53,092 nt of DNA from Octopus bimaculoides (Eukaryota): NCBI RefSeq assembly GCF_001194135.2, contig NC_068989.1:31560520-31613611 (forward strand), given 5' to 3'. The position numbers and the translations under genes were made by a program. Of the stretch, positions 10,420 to 22,199 are shown piece by piece. Within the stretch, counting starts at the first letter, position 1, and each line of letters starts with the position of its first letter. The notes beneath the pieces were generated by a model that was not told the origin of the DNA, ran no database searches, and worked only from the letters and a program-made list of their open reading frames with translations.

Positions 10420-12780
10420 TTACTCTCCTGCCACCTCCTTAGAACTACCATAATCAATGTTGGTACAATGAAAAGTAGTTCTGATGAGATTGTTGAAATG
10501 CTAGGGAAGAGGCTTGCATATGTGTGCTGTGTGCAAAAAGATGGAAACAAACCTCTACTAAACTCCTCATGAATAAGGAACAGGGATAAAACGCTTCTGG
10601 GTATGTAGCAGTGATGGTTGGAGTTGTGTAGCAATATTCTTAGCTGAGAAATGGGCAGATAAAGTAATAAAGTTTGTCAGAGCATGTGACAGAATTGTTA
10701 AGCTAAGATTATTATTAGTTAATGTGGCAGTAACATTTATCTTGGCATATGCTGGATAGGTAGATGAGCAGAATGGCAGTTGTTATGAGGCCCTTCTGCA
10801 GATTAACTTGAATGACAATTATCTTATTATTATGGCTGTGACTTCAGCAGATATGTTGGGTAGGGCTCTAACGAATTTCATGGTGTACATGAAGGTTACA
10901 GCTTTGGTTCTAGAAATAAGGAGGGAACATGGATGCTATAGTTCTGTGATACAAATGATTAATTTCCAAAATTAATCAATCTGGTGGGTGGGTACACAAA
11001 CCAGATTAACTACATTTAGTTCTGAAATAGGGATAGACAGATGCTTATGAAGGTGAAGTCCTTTCCTAGTGAAGAATGTACAGCCCAACTTGGGCTGGTA
11101 GTTACTGACTTCTACCTTAAAGATAGAACTCAGAGACACAAACCAATCTGAAGAAGATATAGAAGCTTAAATATCCACTGAACAGTTGGAGCTTTAGAGA
11201 TGTTCCAACTGAAGTATTTGACAAAAAGGAAGAGGAGACTAAGATATATAACATGGGGGGCAAAGGGAAGTTCTTACAGGACAACCTCCTGAGGACTACA
11301 GACCAAATTTGTGGCTGGTGCAAAGTTCCAGCTAGATCAAGAGTGATGTGCTGGTGGTGAAACAGTGAAGTGGACCAAGTCATTAAAGTGAAGAGACAGA
11401 TTTGGAAGGATTGGAAGAATAATAGCAAGTAACAAAGAGAGAAGCGAGAAGTTTATTTAGCAAGAGGAGATAGAGAAAGAAAGATATTTATCAATGTTCT
11501 ATAGCATGAGAAGCAAAGTTATGAGGTGTTTCAGATTGCATGACAGTGTATCAAAGAAAATCAAAAATGTTGTGGGAGAGAGGTATGTACAGATGGATAA
11601 TGGTACAGTTGCACTTAGTGATTTTGGAAAGAAAGAGGCATGGAAGTGCTGCTATGAAATGTTAGTAAATGTGGAGAATACATGGGATAAAGAAGGTTAT
11701 CCTAAAATATATACAAAAGAGGACCCAGCAGTATGATGCACAAGCAATTTGGGATGTGAAGGTCGGAAAAGCCCCCTTAGACAATCAGGAATTACTGCCA
11801 AATGCTTAAAACATCTGGTGGTGTAAGATATGACCTAATTACCCACATATTCATTGAAGTTGTACAGGAAGGTGTTAATGACTGGTGTAGCAATATTATA
11901 GTCAACTGTTGTAAGGCTAAAGGTAATGTTTTAAAGAGAGGTAATCAGAGGTATCAAAAAGCTGAACTAGATAATGAATGTTAGAGCTCAACTAATTAGA
12001 CAAAGAGTAAAACTAGATGAGATGGTGTTTAGTTTTTGTACCAGGGAAAAAGTACAATATATTTCCTCTGCCTGGTGAAGCAAGAGTAAGAAAATTACTG
12101 ATTAAAAGTAAGCTGCTGTGTGCAGCCTGGAGGAAGCCCTCAACAGAGTTTGTTGCTCACTGAGGAAGCTAGAAGTAGATGGCTGGCTGGCTGGTGAGAG
12201 TCATACAAACCATGAATTTAATGAGCACCTAGAAGTTCTCGACCCCCTCCTATTTGTTATCAGCTTTCAAGCTCTAATAAGTTTGACTGCCCATGGGAAT
12301 GGCTATGTGCAGATAATCTTATAGCTGAATCTATAGTAGAATTGAGACTCCAGGTGTGGAAGTAAAACCTAAAATTAAAAGGACTCAAAGTTAACTTGGT
12401 GAGAGATAAAGTTTATTAAGTATGAAAGAGGACAGAACCCTGCTACCAGAGTTCTCCCTTTTGTACCAACCCAATATATATATATGTGCATGTGTGATTG
12501 TGTGTGTGTGTGTAGATATAGCATATATGTATATCTAGTTTTTGCTCTAGAGATTAGTCTTAACTTTCTCAGCTTTTTCTAGCAGCTGATCTGTTGCATG
12601 ATGACACTCATTTACAGCTATTACATGATGTCAACACAAGGGAACAAACATATATATACATAAGTGATCATGCTCAATATGTAAGAAAAGGTGTAAGAAG
12701 AAATTCCATACAATATACCCAATGCAAATTGTGTGTGCGCAAGAGATGCAATGGTATCATAAGAAGGTTAGCAATGATCC
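10420..12780 (+). mobile_element. Old degenerate RTE LINE (APE endonuclease + partial RT), fragmented
   Basis: INVGTMKSSSDEIVEML..VCCVQ, GWCKVPARSRVMCWW, MLKTSGGVRYDL, NDWCSNIIVNC and a Cys motif at 12680-12780 parallel the 25297-28685 element. Many stops. Confidence 0.85.
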
Positions 12781-13214
12781 CATTAAAAAAAAAGGAAATT
12801 TCCACATAAATTTCCAAAAGTTTATTTAGAATGATTATATCTTTTGTAAGAAAACTAAAATATCAAGATAAATTACCAAAGTAAACTTGCACCATGTTAA
12901 AATAAAAAATTGGTTAACTTAATTAATTAGAATTTAATTTTTTAAAATATCAGCAAAATTTTTAATAAATAATGTATTAATTATGAAGCCTTAGAATTAT
13001 GGATGATGTGAAATGCAAAGTTGTTCTCAAGAATATTAGCATGGTGAAGCTCTTGCAACTAATACTAAAAACCATTTACTGAATATTTCCTGATATACAC
13101 AACAATTTTAGAAGAATTTAGAATAGCATTACATTTTTTTTTCCTATTGAATTAAATAAATGGAAAAAACCATAAGCTAAGCAATGGCAAAAATATATTT
13201 TCCAAGCCACTTAC

Positions 13215-13272
13215 ACAAGCCTTGAGAGACTTAGTGTCTCTCTCTTGGAGTAACATTAAACCTTTTTTGGGG
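13215..13272 (-). other. Candidate orphan 58-nt exon
   Basis: Strong acceptor (TTTGTATTTGTTTTTTTCAG) and donor (GTAAGT). One frame is open (PKKGLMLLQERDTKSLKAC). No homology recognised. Confidence 0.3.
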
Positions 13273-13597
13273 CTGAAAAAAACAAATACAAACCATTTAC
13301 AAATGCAGATTTTGAAAGATATACACTCTGATACAGCAAAAGAGAAATATGTCAAATTTAGAAGGGCATATCTAAAAGAAGAACAGCTTCAATAACTACC
13401 AGTAGCTCTTATTTTAATACGGTGCATATAAATGATATTTACCTCACACTGGATGGAATACTTTTTTGTTGATCTTACCTTAATGTAACAGTAAACTTAT
13501 ATATATATATAAACTTTTACNNNNNNNNNNNNNNNNNNNNNNNNNNNNNNNNNNNNNNNNNNNNNNNNNNNNNNNNNNNNNNNNNNNNNNNNNNNNN

Positions 13598-13629
<32 letters not shown>

Positions 13630-13723
13630 CATACACATATACATATAGTAATAATGAAGTCAAACCAAATAACATTTTAAAAGCATTTAATACCTATGTT
13701 TCAGATATATATATATATATATA

Positions 13724-13980
13724 TCTTACATATTAAAACTGAAAACGTGTGTGTGTGTGTGTATCGGTATGTCCTCGTTTTGCGCCAAAACAGCTCGACT
13801 GATTTTTCTTAAAGTTCACACGCACATTGCTTATGTGTCTGGGGAGGTTTTAAATATAGATTGATTTCGAAAAAATGTTCGGGTAAATGGCAGGAGGAAT
13901 AACATTTGGGCGTGAGTGAACAGTGAGAGTAATTATTTCTAAGCTTCCAAGGGAAATAACCCATTCATTTTCAGTATGCT
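13724..13980 (+). mobile_element. Possible 5' end of a non-autonomous Helitron-like repeat
   Basis: A|TCTTACATATTAAAACTGAAAACG(TG)n start followed by CpG-richer sequence. No 3' hairpin/CTRR terminus found. Confidence 0.35.
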
Positions 13981-14563
13981 TATTTTAGTATTTGAACTAT
14001 TCTAGTTATTTTCTCAATTTATCCAATACAATGCTTAAACAAGTAAATAGTATTCTCCTAAACAATAGATCCACTTATTCTGGTTAGTGACTTATTCATG
14101 AATATACTAACACTAGTGCTGCTGAGGGTAATATTGTCTGGGAACGCACAAAAGCGTTTTTTACAGTTAATTACTTTGAATTGTTATTATCTCATATCTG
14201 ATTAGCCTGTTATTACGTAACATGTTTCATGATTTTAGTATACATAACTTATTAGTATTTCCTCCTATGTTCTATATATTCTGGGAACGTATTAAAGCCC
14301 TTTTTGGAGCTACTTTATTTAAATTCTTACTATAGGGTAATTAATTTCATGACTGACTTCACAATTTGGGTATTCGTAACTTATTGGGAATTCCTAAAAA
14401 CAAGATCCTTTGTAAGACAGTTTGATATTCTCAATAAATACACAAACACCGTTTTAAGGGCTACATACTTTGTACTGTTGTTACTGGATTAGCAAAACAA
14501 TTATGAGCATGGAACCAAGGGATAAGCTCTGCTTTTCCAGGAATTACTGGGTATGTCAGGTAG

Positions 14564-14611
<48 letters not shown>

Positions 14612-15741
14612 TTAAAGAAAGCAAAAAATTCTTTAAATGATAAAAGCAAAAGGTTAAATAGATGTGTATGTGTAAAAGAATTCAGTACTCAGTATTTTGG
14701 CTACAATGGTTAAAGGTTAAAAGTTAAATTATTCATGATAGAGGTTTGCTTGAGGTCATACATATACATACAATCACACACATAGTGCATGATTGTATGT
14801 ATATGCATTTTTATTTTGTGGGGAATGGTATACATACACACACACGTGCACATGTATGTGTGTGTGTGAACATAGTGGGAGAGAGAAAGATGTGGAGGTG
14901 AGATAAAATTTCTTGTCTCTTATTCAGAAGAGAAAATCTCTTTGCAATGGCATCCATTCAGGTTTTGGACAAGCACAAACACACAGCCACACATACACAG
15001 TCACACACACACACGGGGCTATGGTAGGAGAATTTAGTGTCACACACTGGTGCTAAATCCAGAAACATACTGCTAAGAAACAAAGTTCTTGCTACACAGA
15101 CAGGACTGTGTCTTTCAACAGAGCTTACAGAAAAAAAAAACAATTGGTAAGTATATAACCAATTTCTGAAAAATTCTAATTAATAATTGTAATTAATTTG
15201 CATTTTATGTATATCTCTTTTAGTGTAACAACATGCAACAAATAAAAGTTTCTTTGGGACCTTGTTAAATTTCTTTCCGATTTTTGCCAGAATATTTTTA
15301 AAATGTTTAGTTTAGATGTAGTTTAAATTTATAGTTTAACAACACCCAACGCAATTTTGATGAGAAATAATGTTTTTTCCTCATTTTTCTTTTTTATTGT
15401 GCTATCAACTGATCTCATCTCCTAATATACCACAAATGACATTTTTTCCAACAAAATCGGAGGTGAGGGGATTCTTCACTCCAAGGTGAAGAATCCCCTC
15501 TAAACAACCACACTGAGGACCTGCTACCTTTGAGTTTATTTAAAAGAGAGAGAAAAGTGTTTTACACAACAAGTTCCAATATAATCGTAATCTACACCAT
15601 CTGAGACATATATGTAGAAAATTTTATTAATTATTCAGGTTTCAGAAAGTGACCACACACACATACACATATACATACATATATATATATATACACACAC
15701 ACATATAAATATATACATATGTGTATGTATATATATGCATA

Positions 15742-15931
15742 TCATCATCATCATCATCATCATTTAATGTCCTTTATCCATGCTAGCATGAGTTGGATGG
15801 TTCGACGGGGGTCAACAAGCCAGGAGCAACGTCTGGCACTCATCTGGTTTGGCATGTTTTTTGTGGCTGAATACTCTTCCTTAAGCCATAATTTCACAGC
15901 GTGGACTGAGTGCTTTTTATGTGGCACCACA
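15742..15931 (-). mobile_element. Short RTE 3'-end fragment with (ATG)n tail
   Basis: (CAT)n then ttaatgtcc..ccatgctagcatg, matching the RTE terminus. Confidence 0.75.
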
Positions 15932-17159
15932 CAGTAGCATAGTTCCAACAGCTGGATTTTTATATTTTTATGATTCTACAGACCTTAGTGCAAGTTGACT
16001 GGGAACCTGGGGCCCACCAAAATTGTTCCCAATTGGGCCCTGCACCTCCTAAGGCTGGCCCTGGATCCAAATCATTAGATATGCTATTTATATGGTCTCA
16101 GATTCTGTTGTTCACTTCATTAAATATGTAATACAACAATCTGATCATATTGACCAAACAAAATGTCAACAATAATGAGGACAAGCAAAATGGATTTGAA
16201 GAGGGTACATTTTCTCCAAAATCTTTGTGGTTTACTAAATTAACAATCTTACAAACTTTTTGCTGTTGATTAGCTTTAGATCAGTTGATATACAATTAGA
16301 AGATCCAAAGGAAGATAAAAATTTGTTCAAAGATATTTAGTTGCTATATAAAAGTAGTCAAAACCAGTGGTTTTAAAACAAGACCTATCAGTGACTCAAT
16401 ATCTTACCCTTGATAACTCTATTTAGTTGCTCAGTAAAGACTTCTTGTTGTTTAGTCTAGGTCAGCCTTGCTAGGGCAGACTTATGATCAAAAGCATTCT
16501 AGTCACGACTATCCTGTTTTTACAGGCAAAATGTATCTAAACCTATAATTTTTTAGTGTTTCCTTCTTTTTCTTAAGTAGTGTACTGTAATTTACAGTTG
16601 GTCAAATGACTGTTTGTGAAAGTGATATCTTCCTTAGGAAAGGAGGAGGATTGTCTACCACAAATACCATCTATTTACACATAATATTTTATTTCCTATT
16701 TTCTGGTTATTGTGAAGTGTGGGACATTCTAAAATTCTACTATTTCATTGCAGTATTAATGCAATTCAGTAACATAATTCATCAGGAAACTCTAAATTTC
16801 TTTGAGAGTTTCCTGAAATGTTGAAATAGAAGTTAAAACATGGGTATGTCAATTGTCAAGAATAGAGTAGATATAAATGGGATTATTAAAGTTCTAAATT
16901 CTTAGTTCTTATTGTCTAATATAAAGATATACTATTTGATACAGGAAGGTTGGATTTGTTTTTGCACTTGAGAACAATGTTAATTGTTTTTTATATTTTG
17001 GCTATAAAATATAACTTTCCTAAAATACCACTTAACATAGTAAAATGGAAATAGTCAGTACTAAGGAAGTCTCAAGAGAGCTGAACAGCAGAGGGTCTTC
17101 AGAGAAGAAACCCCTTTAGGCAAGTGTTTCAGCCCTTACCTCTTACACTCTAAGGAGGC

Positions 17160-17350
17160 CAAGTCACATTCAGGGTGCCATTCTGCACTGAGGAGTTTTT
17201 TCATTAGATTGTAAGCAGATTTTCCCACAAAACCTCTGACTCCAACCGTGACCCAAAAGTTGGCTTCCTTCAGGTTGTTGACCAGATTGGCATATTTTTC
17301 AATCCCGAATATGTGAGCTTCTTCTATTCTACTTTCTCTGTTTATAAATC
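17160..17350 (-). mobile_element. Remnant of the endonuclease C-terminus of a REL-type LINE (HERO/R2-like)
   Basis: Minus frame ESRIEEAHIFGIEKYANLVNNLKEANFWVTVGVRGFVGKSAYNLMKKL resembles the EEA..RK..KY..L..EVG.RGF motif. Confidence 0.6.
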
Positions 17351-19060
17351 TGCTTTAGGATAAGTATGTCACATCTTTTTATGTCATATGGGACAAGTAA
17401 ACGGTGTGGCAACTGAAGGGCATCTGCCTCAGAAAAACTGTCCAGCTCATGCCAGCATGGAAAGCAGATTTTAAATGCTTCTGCTGCTATAGAAGATGAT
17501 GTGTTGTCATATAATTAAGTAAATCCTTTAATGAAACATTACAGATAGTTGTAATCAATGAAATGTACCAAGTACTTCTAGTAAAACTACTTTATAGCTT
17601 ATATATTATAAGAAGTCAAACAAAATCTTTAGAGTGTCTACTTCCAAAATACTATCAATTCAGGTTTTATCACCCTGCGCATGTAAGCAAAAGTGGAATG
17701 TTGCAGTTGTCTGTCTTTGTTTGCAAAATTACTGGGAAATAGCTGAACAGATTTTCACCAAATTTGGCAGAAATACTCACTGGATGAATAGCTCAAACTC
17801 TCAAAATTGGCAGATGGGTGAATCAAAACGTTTTTCTTTTCTTTGTTTAATATGCATAAAAAACAAGCAGGGTAAATAACTCTTGATGTCATTTTGAAAT
17901 ATGAATTCGTCTGAGAATATATTTATTAAATTAAATTTAATCTTTGTGTGTGTGCAGGGTATGCATTGCCCCTCCAATACCTTTTTTTCCATTTATATTG
18001 TATTGTGTTCATGTCTGAACCATTTTGCTCAGCCTACCTAACTGTTCTGAGATTCAGCTCTCCACTTTAAGTAGTGAATCACTGCATGATTACTTGTACC
18101 ATTAGCTTGCATTATGATTTCATTTTGACTTATGTAGAAAATACTGCAGCTACTATTCTTGTGTTACACCTCAATACAGAATTTCTTATCATCCAAATAG
18201 ATTTGCCATTAGATCAGTGTCTTAGTTTGGATTTGAACTGCATATAACAGTCAGAAAGTAGCCATCATGTAAAACCAATCATACATCAACTAGCAAGTAT
18301 ATGTTACTGTGAGGGATTCTGCAACAACAATAATATATTTTAGAGTTGATGAAGCACATTAAGTTACTAATAAAGGTTAGCTAATTGTAGGTTTCTGAGT
18401 TTTTTGTTGTTAAGATGTTGGATTACTCTGGCAATGTTAGTGATGGAGGCGTAGGAAACTTTTATAGATTGGGAGTTAGATATTTTTCTAAGGGGGCTGG
18501 ACTTAGGGAAATGTTTCTCAAGTAGGGCAAAGAAGAGCTTAGGTACATAGGTTTGAACATTAAGGACAAAAGGTGGGGGTGAATCAGATAATGTCACATG
18601 TTCTTGTCAATTTATTCCAATTACGGGATTCATCGGAATGTAGAAAGGGCTTTGGAGGTGAGCACAGGTTTGGATTTTGGTGGGCAGCGATGGGTTTAGG
18701 ATCCAGGGTCACAGGGTGGGAGGATTGCCTGTTAGGTCTTTTACTACTTTGAAATTTGGGAGGGTAGTAGGATGGTGGGATATGGGGGATAATTTTTATT
18801 TTTTCTGGGGGGGGGGATGTTTCAGGTTTAGTAGAGGGAGGATTGCTCCACATAAGGATAGATTTGATCAAGTTCTTATAACCAGAGCATTGTAGGGTGC
18901 AATTATAATATTTAGGATATTGTTTGAATATTTCCTTACTGGCAGTGATGAAATTCTGTAGGATACACGATCAATGATTGATTTTAGGACAGATGGGGGG
19001 GGGGNNNNNNNNNNGGGGGAGGAAAAGTTGACATAGTTGAGGTTCTCCCCAGGTTTATAG

Positions 19061-19460
19061 TATTCTTTTACTTGTTTCAGTCATTTGACTGGTGCCATGC
19101 CGGAGTACTGCCCTTTAGTCAAAGAAATCAACCCCTGGACTTACTTTTTATAAGCCTGGTACTTATTCTATCGGTGTTCTGCTGAACTGCTTAGTCACAG
19201 GGATGTAAACACACCAACATCAGTTGTCAAGTGATGGTGAAGGGGTGGAAGGACAAACACAAACACAAAGACACACACAAATATATACATATATATTCAA
19301 TTGGCTTCTTTCTGTTTCCATCTACCAAATCTGCTCACAAGGCTTTGGTCGGCCTGAAAGTATAGTAGATGACACTTGCCCAAGGTGCCACACAGTGGGA
19401 CTGAACCCGGAACCATGTCGTTGGGAAGCAAGCTTCTTACCACACAGGAACACCTGTGCC
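19061..19460 (-). mobile_element. Full-length tRNA-derived SINE
   Basis: Head GGCACAGGTG..TGTGTGGTAAG (A-box-like) and GGTTCAGTCCC (B-box-like), central CCTTGGGCAAGTG domain, internal microsatellite, and 3' end ..TGACTGAAACAAGTAAAAGAATA. Confidence 0.85.
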
Positions 19461-20285
19461 TATATGGATAGAAAGTTTAGTTTTGTAGATCTAGGAATTA
19501 GCAGTTTTAAAGGTTGTTACAAAGAGATGCTAAGGCCCATGTTTTTAAAAAATATCTTATCTTACTCTTTTTCTGATCTGTTCGATTCTGTAGTTACTAG
19601 AATTCTGAATTGTGAACAGAGCATCATCCCTATGTAGGACACCAGAGATGTTAAGGAATTGTTCCCAGAGACCATGAAGTAGGTAACAGTCTACAAGGTT
19701 TGTAACTTGGGCCGAGTCACTAGCCCCCATTGGGATGTTAAAAAAGTTGTGGGTGTCTTTACAGGCCCAAAATTTCCCAGCAAATTTTATATTTTAATGG
19801 CCAAAATGATATCATCATGAGAAAGGTTAGAATAGTTCATGGCAAAAATGAGGGCTTTGTTGAGAAGGATACGGGATGTGCTAGAGTATTATTAGTCTAT
19901 GTTGACTTGGATAAATTTAAATGTATGTTAGGGCTTAGGGAATTAAGCTACTGGATGGCCTTCGTAGTTTTAGTTCATAGATGTAGTGTGGATGTAGCAT
20001 GCATTGGGAGTATAACCCTGTCTAATATAATTTTGCTGATCTCACTTACATCCGAACTGGAGGAGGAGATGAGGTGAAGGGAAGGGTTCTCAGCAAAATT
20101 TTCTTTATTGTCTTTTAAGTTAATATGGGGTGGGCAAGTGAAGGAAGGATCTATCCTATCTTCTAATCCAAGTTTAAAAACAAGATCATAATTCTTGATG
20201 TTGATGTCTTCAAGAACAGAGTCCAGTACAATATGGTAGTCTTTATGCAGTTGTTTGAGTATCAGCTCGTGGTATTTATCTAGAG

Positions 20286-20395
20286 CAGTGGTTCCCAACC
20301 TGAGGTCTGGAAACACTTGATGGTCCGCAAAGGTAGTACTGGGGGTCCATGAACTAAATTCAAAATTTCATATATATATATACTCATTTATTATT

Positions 20396-20426
<31 letters not shown>

Positions 20427-20499
20427 CATACATAAGGATAAGAATATTAAAAGGGATCCATAGGAAAACTCATTTACATAAAAGGTTTGGGAACCACTG
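20286..20499. mobile_element. hAT (Charlie-like) MITE, 214 bp
   Basis: TIR CAGTGGTTCCCAA at both ends. Perfect 8-bp TSD ATCTAGAG at 20278-20285 and 20500-20507. Confidence 0.92.
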
Positions 20500-21450
20500 A
20501 TCTAGAGGAACATTATAAAGGTTGTCAGTCTTGTTGGTATGGATGAAAATTCCAGTGTTTTTGAAGTTTCTAGATATTTTCAATTTGACTTGACACAAAT
20601 TATGCAATTCATTCTCTAAGTGCAAATAACACCNNNNNNNNNNCCCCTGCATCATCCCTAACTATCTCCCCCGCCCCCAACTGATATCATTCTATGTATA
20701 TCTTTACAACAAACAACTTTTAATTACTGTTATATTTTCTAAACTTGTCATTATTTTATATATTTTTATATTCACTGCCGCTATTTTCCTTATCCTTCAT
20801 ACTTTGAGTTTTCATAACTTTTCTATCACCACACACATTCCATCCGCACATGATAATATACAAATGCCCATGCATGCACACACATCTACTAGATTCTACA
20901 GACGCACAACACATATGCATGTGAGTGTGTATTAGCACTCACATAATCTCAGATTTAAGCTACTACTACTATCTCTCACTTCACTCACCATCCCTAGATT
21001 TTAAAATTAATTTACTAAGTCTACTGTTTTGACCAAAAATAGATTATCTTCCACTTAAGCCCCATTCACTCCTTCCACCCTATCCACTTCAAATACCATT
21101 CCTATATCTTCATCCTTTGACTCTGTTTAAATGGCTTTATAAAATGCTACAATATGTTTACTTATCTATCCCACAACAGATCTGCAAATAACCCCCTACC
21201 TAAATTTCATAAAGGCATCTTCCCAGCCATTTTCAGTGCCAAACCTTTTCTTCCCACCTCCCCCTCTTTACTTATATTCTTCTCTGTTACAAATTTACCC
21301 ACTTCCATATATATATATTTGCTTTTATTTCTATTTCTTCATAACTATGTTTACCTCTCAAACTGTACTTCCTACACATTTTGATTGAATCCCCAACAAG
21401 TTTACATGGGATCTCCTAATGACAATGTGAACTTCCTATAATCAAAGTAT

Positions 21451-21530
21451 CCTTGGCCTGAAGTGTAGCTTGTTTGGATAATTTACTACTTTTGAGGTTC
21501 CACTAGCTATGAAACATATGTACTCTTGAT
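21451..21530 (+). ncRNA. Degenerate hammerhead motif
   Basis: CTGAAGT (A9 mutated) at 21458-21464, stem II GTAGCT/AGCTAT, GAAAC-ATAT-GTA at 21511-21522. Stem I is lost. Confidence 0.5.
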
Positions 21531-22199
21531 TTTATCCATTACATTCCCTAAATTTTGAATGTTTATTTGCATATACAACAACCTCTGTTGCTGACTGTGA
21601 ACTATAAAATTAACTTTTTTCAGCTTATCATACTTTGATACAGGAAAAATTCAGAACCTTCAGCACCAATAAACCACTATTGTTCCTGAAAGTTGTTTTT
21701 AACATCTTCTACGGATTGCTTCAAGCTCACTAACTTCCTCCACCTTGACCCTTGGATCTTACCTTTACACACACACACACATTAATTTACTATTACATTA
21801 AAGTAAGATCAACAAAAAAGTACTCCATTCAGTGAGAGGTAAATATCATTTAATGCACACTGTATTAAAATAAGAACTACTAATAGTTTCTTGACATTAA
21901 CACATGGGTAGGCATATTTTTATAATGTGCCTTATGTCTCCAAGCAATCTCTAGGCTCTGAGCACATGGTTTGTTCTATTTAAAAATCAAGACACTGGTA
22001 CATTAAAAACACATGAGAAACAAGGAAAAGAAGTTTGATGCAAAATGTGGAATAAAAATGAAAAATAAAGGAAAAGAAAAAAATTAGAGGTACATTCCCT
22101 TTGATCGTAGAAGTTATAATTAAACTAGTTGCTGAAGATAATTCAACAGAGACAGTCCAAAGTCTGTGAGACAGCTTCTCAATCCAGAGAGGGTGGTGT

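Larger units (their letters stand above)
18367..20630 (-). mobile_element. Penelope-like element remnant (RT and thumb), interrupted by a SINE and a hAT MITE
   Basis: KTDNLYNVPLD|KYHELI, INLKDNKENFAENPSLHLI..SKIILDR, DITMG, LHRDDAL, LLEKHFPKSSPLRKI..IKVSY. Confidence 0.8.

Noticed and set aside
14461-15146. Two plus-strand exon-like segments (14461-14550, ~15041-15146)
   Set aside because: Weak acceptors, incompatible phases and no recognisable protein similarity.
15990-16062. hAT-like end (..GGCTGGCCCTG); similar at 40420-40462
   Set aside because: Only one end was found and there is no TSD, so boundaries cannot be supported.
16745-16816. CTGATGA..GAAA on minus next to a 12-bp hairpin (16782-16816)
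   Set aside because: Stems I-III cannot be formed convincingly, so it is not called a hammerhead. The hairpin alone is unremarkable in AT-rich DNA.
19370-19460. tRNA-like sequence
   Set aside because: It is the SINE head and lacks a complete cloverleaf and acceptor stem.
21640-21760. Possible terminal exon encoding DPRVKVEEVSELEAIRRRC
   Set aside because: No polypyrimidine acceptor, and it lies within a repeat-associated block.
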